Assembly: GCA_044440125.1 (NCBI GenBank) | Contig: JBITAJ010000021.1 | Span: forward strand, 128,001-192,000 | Reading direction: 5' to 3' | DNA from: Sedimentisphaeraceae bacterium JB056 | Lineage (GTDB): Bacteria; Planctomycetota; Phycisphaerae; Sedimentisphaerales; Sedimentisphaeraceae | Length of the DNA: 64,000 nt | In this document: positions 22,166-32,800 of the stretch, one piece after another | Layout of the letters: each line of letters begins with the position of its first letter | Position numbering within the stretch: position 1 is the stretch's first letter | Notes under the pieces: generated by a model | What the model was told of the DNA's origin: nothing | Database searches by the model: none | The model's input: only the letters and a program-made list of their open reading frames with translations | Made by a program: the position numbers and the translations under genes

Positions 22166-22510
22166 CTACAATGTCGAACTTGGGTTAACCCCTCGTAAAG
22201 AGATAAGAACCATGCCTAAAACAATAGCTAATATACCAATTATCTGAATCAAGGATACACTAGTTTTAAAAACAATGATAACCGTTATCTGACTCAAAAA
22301 GAAGGCTCCACCCATTGCAAGTCCCAATGCAATATTTAAAGGCATAGTCGTGTACAATTTTATCAATACCAACATACTTGTAATACCAATAGTATTACCT
22401 ACGACAAAACAAATCAGCCATCTCGACTTAAGCTCACTGCCATATATAAAACTAAGGTTAGCAATAATTTGCAGACACCAAAATATAAGTAACCAAATAA
22501 CACTCTTCAT
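22166..22510 (-). CDS. Small 4-TM membrane protein (SMR/EamA-like, DMT superfamily)
   Basis: 114 aa, four hydrophobic helices, C-terminal QIIGILAIVLGMVLI pattern. Confidence 0.65.
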   Translation of the reverse strand: MKSVIWLLIFWCLQIIANLSFIYGSELKSRWLICFVVGNTIGITSMLVLIKLYTTMPLNIALGLAMGGAFFLSQITVIIVFKTSVSLIQIIGILAIVLGMVLISLRGVNPSSTL

Positions 22511-22574
22511 ACTTACACCCTATAAATAACTTTAATTAATATCGTACAATCATAAACTTCTGCCCAAAATAAAT

Positions 22575-23292
22575 CAGCACCACCCGTAAAACGGGTGGTT
22601 TGCTCGCCCCTCTAAGGGGCTAATACCGGCTCGCGTCTAAAGGCGCGGGCTTTATCTTTTTCAAAGCTCAAGCCTCATTGCCTTTGCCACTTTTGCAACC
22701 ACTGAAGTGGTGTTTGTACTACTTGCTACCCTTAAAAGGGTCTTCGTATTCCTTAACACTCAATTTATCCATCGCTATATCGTGTGATTGTTGCTCACGG
22801 ATATACTTGGCTATAGTTGCTTCATTGAGACCAACAGTACTAACATAATAGCCTTGAGCCCAGAAACGGCGATTACCAAATTTGTATTTTAAGTTTGCAT
22901 GCTTACCAAACATCAGCAACGAACTCTTGCCTTTGAGATAGCCCATAAAACTTGAAACACTTAGTTTGGGAGGTATGCAAACAAGGATATGAACATGGTC
23001 CTGCAGAAGATGACCTTCGATGATTTCTACATTTTTGTAAGAACACAGACGCCGTAAGATTTCGCCTAAACTTTCTCGATATTTATTGTAGATGATTTTA
23101 CGTCTGTATTTAGGACTAAACACTATATGGTACTTGCATAACCATTTTGTATGTGATAAGCTATTTGCTCTCTTAGCCATTATACTACCTTTCTGTTAAA
23201 TTATTATAGAGACTTGAGCTTACTCTATATACTAACATGAAAGGTAGTTTTGGTATAACCTGTGGGGACCACCCGCATAGCGGGTGGTTTAT
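22575..23292 (-). mobile_element. IS200-type insertion sequence (tnpA only)
   Basis: Related subterminal hairpins ACCACCCGT-AAA-ACGGGTGGT (22579-22599) and ACCACCCGC-ATA-GCGGGTGGT (23268-23288) flank tnpA; about 720 bp; exact ends approximate. Confidence 0.85.
22719..23180 (-). CDS. tnpA: IS200/IS605-family Y1 (HUH) transposase
   Basis: CKYHIVFSPKYRRK, DHVHIL (HUH), FWAQGYYVSTVG, catalytic YIREQ. Confidence 0.95.
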   Translation of the reverse strand: MAKRANSLSHTKWLCKYHIVFSPKYRRKIIYNKYRESLGEILRRLCSYKNVEIIEGHLLQDHVHILVCIPPKLSVSSFMGYLKGKSSLLMFGKHANLKYKFGNRRFWAQGYYVSTVGLNEATIAKYIREQQSHDIAMDKLSVKEYEDPFKGSK

Positions 23293-23356
23293 TTTTCTCA
23301 AATTTTGCAAATTTGAGAAAAGGCTAAAGCCATTAACTTACAAGGCTTTAACGGAG

Positions 23357-23402
23357 CGAGGCCGAAGGGACTCGAACCCTCAACCTTCGGATCGACAGTC
23401 CG
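23357..23402 (-). pseudogene. 3' fragment of tRNA-Asp(GTC); probable att site
   Basis: Minus strand reads CCGGA-CTGTCGA-TCCGA AGGTT GAGGG-TTCGAGT-CCCTT CGGCCTC G: anticodon arm, T arm, 3' acceptor strand and G discriminator. The complementary 5' acceptor strand (GAGGCCG) and the D stem are absent. Confidence 0.8.
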
Positions 23403-23679
23403 GCTCTCTGGTTCCATAAGTATCTATTAATAAATGATTAACAACTGATATTAAAGGACTTATAATTTTCAACAGTAGCACAGCCGAGAAACTCAACAGT
23501 AGACCAAGCGAGCATAACTGTTGCAAGTGTGTTGCAAATTCAAGACCTGGATTAACCTCTTTTATTCTGTATTGAACCAAGAAGACATAATGATACTAAT
23601 ATCCAATGCATAGAAAGACTCGGCGGCCTCCTGGAATCATACCACCGCCTTGCCGCTTGAAAAACTACGATTCAAACTA

Positions 23680-23860
23680 AACCTACGGCACCATTGCGCC
23701 AAAACTTATATGTTCGGTGTTAAATCAAGTCAAATATCAATTGCTTTCTACAACACACAAAGTAATTATTCATGTATTGACTACAAAACATAACCAGATC
23801 ACAGCCAGTAATCCATAAAAAAACAATGATTAAGTAACGGATGAGTTTTTACACCCTACG
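23680..23860. repeat. ~180-bp diverged intergenic direct repeat, copy 1
   Basis: AACCTACGGCACCATTGCGCCAAAACTTATATG...TAACGGATGAGTTTTTACACCCTACG aligns end to end with 54417-54599. Confidence 0.8.
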
Positions 23861-24127
23861 CCATTTTGACACTATTGCAAATCCAATCGAACCCCAAACA
23901 GACTTAACACTCTTTTATATACAACAAATTTCAGATTTGAGCATAATTCGCCAACTTTTTCTCATTGAAAATGCGTTTTATTTCAACATTTTAACGCAAT
24001 TTCTTCCAATTGGTCTATACTAGGATATATTTCCTTCAATCGTTTGGCTATATTCTCAGAAGAAGTAAAACGATTAAATCGGCTTATCAGTTCTCCTGCA
24101 TATTGACAAATTTTCTTAAGATTTTTC

Positions 24128-27100
24128 TTATAAGACACCAAATCTACAAGTATAATTCCTGCCATTTTGAACATTGAAAGTTATATAAGTAACTCCATTA
24201 TTAACATAACAGCTTACGCCGTCAGGCAGCTCTTTGGCTATCATTGCCATATCTACCTCTATGTTAATCGTCTCGGTTTTATGCTCCGGCTGTGATAACG
24301 ACAGCACTAAATCATTTCCATCATACTGATAAAATAAAATGCAAGGTTTATCCGAGGTAACCACATCAACACTATAAGTAGCAGTCGGATTAAGGACATT
24401 TGCCGGCGTAATTGTGATAGCCTGCACAAGTGGTCCATAGAGATCTGGCTGCGAGTCACCTGTAACGTCAAGTGGAGCGGCGCTATGATAGATTGAAAGC
24501 TCCGATCCATAGCTATCACAAACCTCTTCAAATCTTGCGTCTGTCAAATGTAAAGTTGTTTCACGCCATTGACCGTTTCTGGAATAATAAACATAACTCG
24601 ATTGAGCCATACCTGTAGTAGAATCATAACGCAAAAGCCAATTTGCACCGGCAGGAGCATTAGCATCATCAAACCACTTTACTTTCACATAAACATCGTT
24701 TGTATTTATAATTCCCTGGCTTACACCAAACCTTAATCTTCTTACCCAGTCAGCTGTATTAGCCTTGCCGGTTATGCCACTTTTCACTCCAATGTCAGAC
24801 CAGTCGGTAAGCAATTCAAGCATACCGGTCTGGACAATGTCTTCCTGATCAAAATCAACACACAGGACGTTGGGGTCAACAGGCCAGAAAACCACACCAA
24901 CACTGTCTGTACTGTCATCCTTTACCGCATGAATAGAGGCACTATTGGCAAGAACCTCTATTGGATCAGATTGTGCATAGCTTGCGACCCAGCTTTTGTC
25001 TTTAGTTGGCAGGGTAGCATACGCATAACTGCTTCCACTGCTATAGGTGCCATGGTCGTACCAAAAACTTAACATCGGTTTGGAATAAACAGTACTATCG
25101 GTAGACAAGCTGAAAATATCAGTCCAACTGCCTGTTTGATATACTCGCTTAACCTTAATATCAGGGCTGTCTGGAAAGTAGTAACCCATATCATCACATT
25201 GCATCCAGTCAACATCGACCAACGTATCATTCCAATTCATCATAACCGGAACAATTACAACAGACTCAACAAGTGGTCCGTAAAGATCGGCAGTACCATC
25301 ATTATCTACATCTAAAGGTGAAGAGCTGTGGTAAATTGACATCTCTGCACCATATCCATCGCAAACTTGCGTGAACCTCGCATCAGAAATCTCAAATATT
25401 GTCTCTTTCCATTGACCTGTATATGAATAATTCACATAACCTGACTGCTTCATACCTGTAGTAGAATCATAACGCAAAAGCCAATTAGAATTAGCCACGG
25501 CATTAGGATCGTCAAACCATCTTACAATGACAGATAAAGTTAGCGAGGTATTCACCAGACTTTCATCAACTGCAAAACGTAACCTGCGAACCCAGTCAGC
25601 ATTATTTGCCTTACCTTCAACGCCCTCAATCTCTGCATAATCAGACCATGTAGTCTGTTGTTCAGTAATGCCACTTTCGACATTCTGATCGCCAAGTTGT
25701 ATCGTAAGTTCATCATAAGGCTCACTTGAACCATCAACATATAGCCTTTCAACACCAGAGACAAGCGGACGTTGATTAATAACCGTATAGACTGAATTTG
25801 AATTATTACAGTCGATATCGCTACCTAAACAGACAACTTCATCATCGAAAAAGTGCCAGCTCTTTTTTGCTCGCATGGTTGTATCGATATGACCCAACTG
25901 CATTGCAGTAACTCCATAATCATCTGCACATGTTCCACCGACAAATGTTTCAATACCGGAATGGATGTAGTTAGTATCATAACATGGAAGTTCGTCATCT
26001 TCAACTGTTGTTCCGGGAAGGAATGTCCAGTCAAGCGTTGGGAGCACGTTATTCGTACAATACTCATCGCCGTCTGTCAGGAACCATGTCACACCGTCAC
26101 CCATATACCACAACATCATTCCCTGACCACCAAAACCCTCTGCCGCTATGTTATTCTGAGAATGCATTTTCACTGAAGAATACCAATTATCATTGTGATG
26201 GGCAGTAAAATCACTCTCCCAAAAATGTCTGTGACCAACGGGACTATGTTCTTGATTTTCAATCGCAGAAATATGATTCAACAACTGTTCTCGCGAAGAA
26301 TGTGCAACAGTTGACATCACTTCAAGCCCTGGTTCTGGTTGCATGGATGATTTATTGCCACTGCCGGCTGATCTTCCCAATACTCCAAGGTCCCAGTAGC
26401 CATTGTAGGCAGTCCAAATCTCACCTTCTGTAAGATAACGACCGAATATATCAAGATTTTCCTGAGGCAACTGGTACTGAGTATCCTTAGCATAAAAACC
26501 GATATACTCCTCAAGGCCTAAAACATAAACCTGTCCATATCCACCATTATATATCATTCTATGCTGACGAAAGGAATTATCTTCCAATATACCTTCTGTT
26601 GGAGCCGTATTAACAACAGCCATATCTGCAAAAAAGCTCGCAACGGAATCCATCATTACCGTATCACAATCTATTAACGACAAAAACAGGTGAGTCATCG
26701 CAACATCAGTACCATTGGCTCCCTCGTATTGGGGAATAGTATCACCAATCAGCCATTCAATGCTATCGCGACAATCAGTAAAAATTGTATCATCAATTGA
26801 GTTCTGCAACAAAACAAGCGCAGGTCCTAATATCCTTGGTACACCAATCTCCCAGTACCACCAATTGCCATCTTTTTCTGCACGTTCGCCCAACGAATCA
26901 TGAAAGACATTTGTATCGCCATAATCCAATGCTGTTTCTATAGCGGTTTTGATAGAACTGTTTTGATAATACGATTGACCGGCTTTGCAATACGCCTTTG
27001 ACATAGCAAGAAGTCTATTGTAGTGCAAAGTAACATCCCAATTAGTGGCAGGTTCTTCATCATAATCCAAATCCGACCAACTTCCGTTAGCAGACATTGT

Positions 27101-28210
27101 AGTATATGCACTGTAAGCTTCGGTGTAAATATCAGTAGCTGATTTTTCCAACAATCTTTCAGTTGCATTAACTTTAACTCGCCCTATCTGGCTAATTTCT
27201 ATCCTAACCGAAGCAACCAACGGTCCGTAAAGGTCAGTAACATTATCACCATCAACATCCAGAGGAGAAGAGCAATGATAAACAGAAAGCTCCGCTCCAT
27301 AACCATCACAAACCTGTGTAAATCTGGCATCGTTCACGATGAAGGTATTTTCTTTCCACTGTCCGGTTTTTGTATAATGAATATAATCCAGCTCTTTCAT
27401 ACCACTCGTCGAATCATATCTTATCCTCCACCAATTATCACCAGATGGAGCATTACTATCATCAAACCATTTGACAGTTATTGCAAGCGGCAATGAAGTG
27501 TCAACCTGAGTTTCGTCAACAGCAAAACGTAATCGTCTTGCCCAATCGTAGACATTAGCCTTACCTTCAACATAACTTACTGTTGCAGAATCAGACCACG
27601 CAGTCTGCTGTTCAGGCATCCCATTCTCAACATTTGTATCCCCAAGCACAACCATAGCTTCAAGAGGAGTTATCTTAACATAATCAACAAGCGGCCCGTA
27701 AAGATCTGTAATATCATCACCATCAACATCTAACGGAGCTGCGCTGTGATATACTGAAAGTTCTGCTCCGTAACCATCGCAAACCTGTGTAAACCTTGCA
27801 TCATTTACAATAAATGTATTCTCCTTCCACTGTCCGGTCATTCCATAATGTACATAATCCAACTGCTTCATACCACTCATTGAATCATAACGTAACAGCC
27901 AATTTGCTCCACTTGGAGCATTGGGATCATCAAACCATTTGACAGTTATTGCAAGCGGAAGTGATGTGTCAATTAAAGTTTCATCAACAGCAAACCGTAA
28001 CCGGCGAACCCAGTCAGCATTATTAGCCTTACCCTCAATATTTCCTATTAATCCTGTTTCAGACCAACTCGTCTGCTGCTCAGTTATTCCATTTTCAATA
28101 TTAGAACTTACAAGATTAATACTCAAAATCTCAGCCCTGATAATTGAAGAAAGTAAAAGTAAAAACATAACGAACACAAAATTACACGGCATTTTTCTTA
28201 AAACCAACAT
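24128..28210 (-). CDS. Polysaccharide lyase family 8 protein with four copies of an unrecognised ~150-aa domain
   Basis: GNWWYWEIGVP, GAN, DNSFRQH...YNGGYG (catalytic His/Tyr), LGRS, DWTFLPGTTV, AKKSWHFFDDEVVCLGS; signal peptide. Confidence 0.9.
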   Translation of the reverse strand: MLVLRKMPCNFVFVMFLLLLSSIIRAEILSINLVSSNIENGITEQQTSWSETGLIGNIEGKANNADWVRRLRFAVDETLIDTSLPLAITVKWFDDPNAPSGANWLLRYDSMSGMKQLDYVHYGMTGQWKENTFIVNDARFTQVCDGYGAELSVYHSAAPLDVDGDDITDLYGPLVDYVKITPLEAMVVLGDTNVENGMPEQQTAWSDSATVSYVEGKANVYDWARRLRFAVDETQVDTSLPLAITVKWFDDSNAPSGDNWWRIRYDSTSGMKELDYIHYTKTGQWKENTFIVNDARFTQVCDGYGAELSVYHCSSPLDVDGDNVTDLYGPLVASVRIEISQIGRVKVNATERLLEKSATDIYTEAYSAYTTMSANGSWSDLDYDEEPATNWDVTLHYNRLLAMSKAYCKAGQSYYQNSSIKTAIETALDYGDTNVFHDSLGERAEKDGNWWYWEIGVPRILGPALVLLQNSIDDTIFTDCRDSIEWLIGDTIPQYEGANGTDVAMTHLFLSLIDCDTVMMDSVASFFADMAVVNTAPTEGILEDNSFRQHRMIYNGGYGQVYVLGLEEYIGFYAKDTQYQLPQENLDIFGRYLTEGEIWTAYNGYWDLGVLGRSAGSGNKSSMQPEPGLEVMSTVAHSSREQLLNHISAIENQEHSPVGHRHFWESDFTAHHNDNWYSSVKMHSQNNIAAEGFGGQGMMLWYMGDGVTWFLTDGDEYCTNNVLPTLDWTFLPGTTVEDDELPCYDTNYIHSGIETFVGGTCADDYGVTAMQLGHIDTTMRAKKSWHFFDDEVVCLGSDIDCNNSNSVYTVINQRPLVSGVERLYVDGSSEPYDELTIQLGDQNVESGITEQQTTWSDYAEIEGVEGKANNADWVRRLRFAVDESLVNTSLTLSVIVRWFDDPNAVANSNWLLRYDSTTGMKQSGYVNYSYTGQWKETIFEISDARFTQVCDGYGAEMSIYHSSSPLDVDNDGTADLYGPLVESVVIVPVMMNWNDTLVDVDWMQCDDMGYYFPDSPDIKVKRVYQTGSWTDIFSLSTDSTVYSKPMLSFWYDHGTYSSGSSYAYATLPTKDKSWVASYAQSDPIEVLANSASIHAVKDDSTDSVGVVFWPVDPNVLCVDFDQEDIVQTGMLELLTDWSDIGVKSGITGKANTADWVRRLRFGVSQGIINTNDVYVKVKWFDDANAPAGANWLLRYDSTTGMAQSSYVYYSRNGQWRETTLHLTDARFEEVCDSYGSELSIYHSAAPLDVTGDSQPDLYGPLVQAITITPANVLNPTATYSVDVVTSDKPCILFYQYDGNDLVLSLSQPEHKTETINIEVDMAMIAKELPDGVSCYVNNGVTYITFNVQNGRNYTCRFGVL

Positions 28211-28349
28211 TACAATCTTCCTTAAAAATATATATTATTTGTTTTTGCCTGACATATCTATACCAATGCGAGCATCTGACAACAACAACCTTGTAAAAGC
28301 TTGCTTAATCTATCCAATTGATGATTAGTGAGATATGATTTTAATAACC

Positions 28350-28460
28350 GTAAACGTTCACACCGCTACTTAGAATCTTACCTTAACACACTATGATTAC
28401 TTTTTGTAAAACCCCCAAACAGCATTTAGTGCATAAATTAGCAAATGTGTGAATAGCTAC
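28350..28460. mobile_element. Putative MITE, copy 1 (111 bp)
   Basis: Imperfect terminal inverted repeats GTAAACGTTCACAC / GTGTGAATAGCTAC; flanks TAATAACC / AAATAACC (7/8 match, possible TSD); homologous to 44680-44801. Confidence 0.6.
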
Positions 28461-28508
28461 AAATAACCGAGCCTGATTCTGCGACTCCAACACTATCAGA
28501 CTCGGCTA
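28461..28508 (-). terminator. Probable intrinsic terminator or stabilising hairpin after the gene ending at 28520
   Basis: Minus strand AGCCGAGTCTGAT...ATCAGGCTCGGTT followed by ATTT. Confidence 0.5.
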
Positions 28509-28519
28509 TAAACTGACTT

Positions 28520-29797
28520 CTACTGTGAAATCCAGTCTGATGCCAATATTGAGAAATCTTCCATATTTACAATACAATCTCTGTTAAGATCGCTATTAAT
28601 ATAAGATGTCCCAAGATCACCGCAAAAAGCCGGTGGTTCAATCATTACACCATCTTTTAGGTAATATGAACTACCAGCTAAAGCTCCTTGCCATGGAGCA
28701 ACGTCATCACCTGTTATTTTATAAAGATGCAATCCGACAAGCTTACCATCGGAATCATCCCCGCCATATATAACTTCTTTAATCCCATCTCCATCCCAAT
28801 CTCCAACAACCAGAACATGACCACTCTTCGCTCCAAAAACATTACCATTCCATTTAAGCCCATTGTCAACACCTGTACTCTCAAGCCAGCCACTTGCATA
28901 GTAACTTGCAAAAAGTAAATCTAACGTAGAGTCGCCATCTACATCACCGATATGAAGACGACCTGAACGTCCCGATAAGACCTTGCCTATATAGAAAAAG
29001 CCATTATCACTGCCATCCCACTGATACCACGATGTAACACCATAACTTGTACTGCCGCCACTAATAAATAATTCATCATAGCCATCACCATCAATATCGG
29101 CAACAACATTATCATCGCCGCCCATCCAACCGGCAACAGCAAGCTTTATAAAAGCGACAGAACCATCTGCCTGTACTTCAAATAAAGCGGTATGCCCATA
29201 ATCAGGATTAGCAGCACTGTAAGACCTCAGACCAACAAGCAGCTCCACAAGACCATCCTGATCAAAATCAGAAGGTGTTACGCTAAGATACTGCTGTTTT
29301 GTGCTGGATGTAAGCGATGTATAAACCGCACTGTCATTTGAATCCGCATCAAGCTGACCAAGCTCTCCAATCCAATCATTCGGGTCTGCGGCATCGGTAC
29401 CTGCCGCAACATAAACTCGTCCAGATGACAATGTATCGAAAGCTAAACTGTTTACTTTTCCCCCTACATAAAATGAATCAACCAAAGTTACCTGGTTATC
29501 CTGATAACTCTCATACCAATAAACAACATCATCACCGCCTACAAGCAGGTCAGCTCTTGTATCACCGTCAAAATCACCACTAATCACAGAGTAGAACTCT
29601 TCAGTATAGCTATCAGCAATTCTTCTCCATTGAACACTGCTGCTTATACGATCGTATTCAAACCAGTCCACAGCACCATGCCCAGTACCCGCCTGCACAC
29701 ATATAAGATCTGTATTAACATCGCCATCAAGAGAAGCAAAAGACACTGATATTAACAGAAATAAAACACTAAATATAATTAAACTTACTTTAGACAT
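28520..29797 (-). CDS. Secreted FG-GAP/VCBS-repeat (beta-propeller-like) protein with dockerin-like tail
   Basis: GDFDGDTRADLLVG, DFDQDGLVELLVG, DIDGDGYDELF, GDVDGDSTLDL, GDWDGDGIKEV repeats; tail SDLNRDCIVNMEDF. Confidence 0.85.
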   Translation of the reverse strand: MSKVSLIIFSVLFLLISVSFASLDGDVNTDLICVQAGTGHGAVDWFEYDRISSSVQWRRIADSYTEEFYSVISGDFDGDTRADLLVGGDDVVYWYESYQDNQVTLVDSFYVGGKVNSLAFDTLSSGRVYVAAGTDAADPNDWIGELGQLDADSNDSAVYTSLTSSTKQQYLSVTPSDFDQDGLVELLVGLRSYSAANPDYGHTALFEVQADGSVAFIKLAVAGWMGGDDNVVADIDGDGYDELFISGGSTSYGVTSWYQWDGSDNGFFYIGKVLSGRSGRLHIGDVDGDSTLDLLFASYYASGWLESTGVDNGLKWNGNVFGAKSGHVLVVGDWDGDGIKEVIYGGDDSDGKLVGLHLYKITGDDVAPWQGALAGSSYYLKDGVMIEPPAFCGDLGTSYINSDLNRDCIVNMEDFSILASDWISQ

Positions 29798-29852
29798 TTA
29801 AAAGTCTCCCGATTAAAAGTATATCATCTATTCTATAAAATGGTCTCTATAT

Positions 29853-32800
29853 TTACTGAATAAAGAGCTCTTCCGGCTGGGCATATTGAAGCCAGCTATT
29901 TACAAATATTGTAAGATCAGTTATATCAACCTGACAATCCTGATTTAAGTCTCCTTGTTGACCGTCACCATTTTGCCATATATCAAGACAGCTTACAATA
30001 TCCGTATCAAACTGGGCAGTATAGTTTCTACCATTCTCTACAGCAAATGTCAGCAGAGTACTCTCAGTACCATCTGCTTGAGCCGTTACACCATCAGCTA
30101 ATATCGGATTAGAAAGAGAAGTATATGGCACATCAAGCGTAACTGTAATTGTGGCAGTTGCATGAGTAGGTTCACTCAATGCAAGAGACAATTTTCCACC
30201 TGCAATCTGCCATGTCACCATACAAGGAGTGTTCACTGTCACTGAATCAACGGTTCCAGACTGCCAGAATACAGCAGCTGTCGTATTGGTACTTCTATCT
30301 TTAACTGCATGTACAGCATCATTGTTAGAGAGTGCAGTAAAAGGTACCCCCATAGCATATTCCGTAAGCGATTGTCCTTTAGGATAAACCATGGCATAGA
30401 GATATGAAGCATCGTTTACGTTACTTCCATGATCATATAAAAGTGTCAGAAAATCTCTGGTTACAACATCGGTAGAACCAAAAGTATTGTTAAGATCATA
30501 CCATGCACCGCTCTGGCTCTTACGAATAGCTCTGATATTATCTCCGGCAGGGAAATAGTAACCAATATTCTCACATTCTACCAAGGTTACATCAGAAACA
30601 ACCTCGTCCCAACCCACGGCAGTAGAAGCTACCTGACCATCAACAAATACCGGAGTATTTGAAGCCGTTAAAGGCCATTGAGCGACAACGGTTTCAGTTG
30701 TATTAGATGTAGAACAGTCAATATCACTACCCATACAAACAACCTCATCATCAAAGAAGAAATAACTCTTCTTTGCGGTTAAATCTGTAATTGATGAGTA
30801 GGCAAAATCCATAGCGGCAACACCGCTTGACTCAAGAAAAGCACCACCAACAAAATCACTGTCACCATAGCCATAACCGGTTTCATTGTAGGTCTTCTGC
30901 TCAACAGTTACACCCGGAAGACGAGTCCAATCCATTGCTGCCAACACATCGTTAGTTACATATTCATCGCCAAGAGGCAAAAACCATACAAGTCCATTAG
31001 CAACCAGCCATTGTTTAAAACCCTCACCATTAATAGCTTCTGCATTAACTGTACGATCTGAAAGCATTCTTACAGAACCATACCAATTATCGCTGTGATG
31101 CGTCGTAATATCAGATTCCCAGAAATGTCGCTGCCCTTCAAGCTCATAAGGATTAGCCAGATACGCATCAATATCATCAGCAAAATCTCCTTCAAGATCC
31201 GTAAGAAGCGATATACCAGGAATATTTTCCGGATTTTGGTCACCACGAGTTACCGCACGCCCAAGCACACCAGTATCCCAATAGCCGTTGATTTTGAAGT
31301 GATTTGCTCCCTGAAGCAGATAATCAACCAATGTTTCAACATAATAAGCATCTACCTGATAAACAGTATTGATTGCATACTTACCAACATACATGCATAC
31401 AGATGTCAAGAAATCTTTACCATAACTACCGCTATAAGGAATCGGGCCATGCTGATGGAAGCTGAAGTCCTCTTTAATACCTTCATGCCCTGTTGCTTGG
31501 AATGTTAACAAACTTTCAAAAGTATCCTTAACATCAGTGAGCAGATTTACATCGGCATCAATTAAGGCTAAATAAGTGTGTATTTCCGCTGTATCAGCAA
31601 GATTAGCACCCTCCCAGACAGGAATATCTTCGCCAACAAGCCATACTAATGAATCACGGGCTTCGGTGAAAATTGCTGCATTAATCTCATCTTGAATAGA
31701 AACAAGAGCCTTACCCAAACGCTTAGGTAATGATATTTGCCAATACCACCAGTTTCCTTCCTGAATCGGACGACCACTTCCATTTACAGTAAAGACATTA
31801 TCCTGTCCATAATCAAGGGCATTCTCAATAGCAGTAAGTAAAGATGCACTCTGATAAAGACTTTGCCCTGACTTGTTATACCCTAACGCCATATCCAATA
31901 TACGCTCATAATGCTCTACAACAGGCCAGTTTTCAACGGCATCTGTTCCATAAACTATATCAGACCAACTTCCATCAGCTTGTATAGTATCCAAAGCAGA
32001 TTGCGCCTGTGCCTCAGCAGAAGCGGCAGTAAGCTCAAGATTATAATTTTCAACCTGCTGACGTACAAGCTGTAAAGAATCCGCAGCCGACATAGGCTCT
32101 ATCATAACGCCATCTTTAAGATAATATGCACTACCGGCGATTGCCCCCTGCCATGGAATAGAGTTATCACCAGTAACTTTGAAAAGATGCAAACCGGTCT
32201 CTTTGCCCGCAGAATCATCGCCGCCCCAAATAACCTCCTTCATTCCGTCACCATCCCAGTCACCAAGAACTAAGACATGACCATTCTTGGCTCCAAATAC
32301 GTTCCCATTCCATGTCATACCATTGTCAACACCGCTATTCTCAAGCCAACCACTTGTAAAATAACTGGCAAAAAGTAAATCATTCGTTGAATCATCATCA
32401 ACATTACCCCAAAGAAGTCGTCCCGCACGACCTGAAACAGGCTTGGATATATAATACATACCATTATCAGTACCATCCCATTCATACCACCATACGCCAC
32501 CAGAACTTACGCTGCCAGCACTAAGAAATATCTCATCATTCCCGTCACCATCACAGTCACCAACAATATTATCATTGCCGCCCATCTTTCCGGTAATAGC
32601 AAGTTTGATGTATGCAACAGAATCATCTGGCTTAACTTCAAACAGCACGACATGACCATAGTCCGGATTTGCAGCATTGTAGGATTTCATTCCGACAAAC
32701 ATCTCCAAAAGACCGTCTTGGTCGAAATCAGAAGGAGTTACACAAAAATACTGCTCTTTATTGTGAGATTGCAATTCAGTGTAAACAACCTGATCATTAG

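Noticed and set aside
21566..22198. Intact 210-aa gene
   Set aside because: It is the C-terminal part of a deleted, frameshifted ISL3 transposase reading through into unrelated sequence.
22575..23292. IS605-type element with TnpB or a guide RNA
   Set aside because: No second ORF between the terminal hairpins; size fits a tnpA-only element.
23357..23430. Functional tRNA-Asp gene
   Set aside because: The 5' acceptor strand and D stem are missing, so no cloverleaf can form.
23638..23650. ops-like antitermination element (minus strand GGCGGTGGTATG)
   Set aside because: Imperfect match, no operon downstream in that orientation and no NusG paralog in the window.
23237..24174. Short ORFs 23237-23419, 23380-23580, 23841-24023 and 23983-24174
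   Set aside because: They overlap the IS end, tRNA fragment, repeat or PL8 stop and show no recognisable motifs; a decayed gene remnant cannot be excluded.
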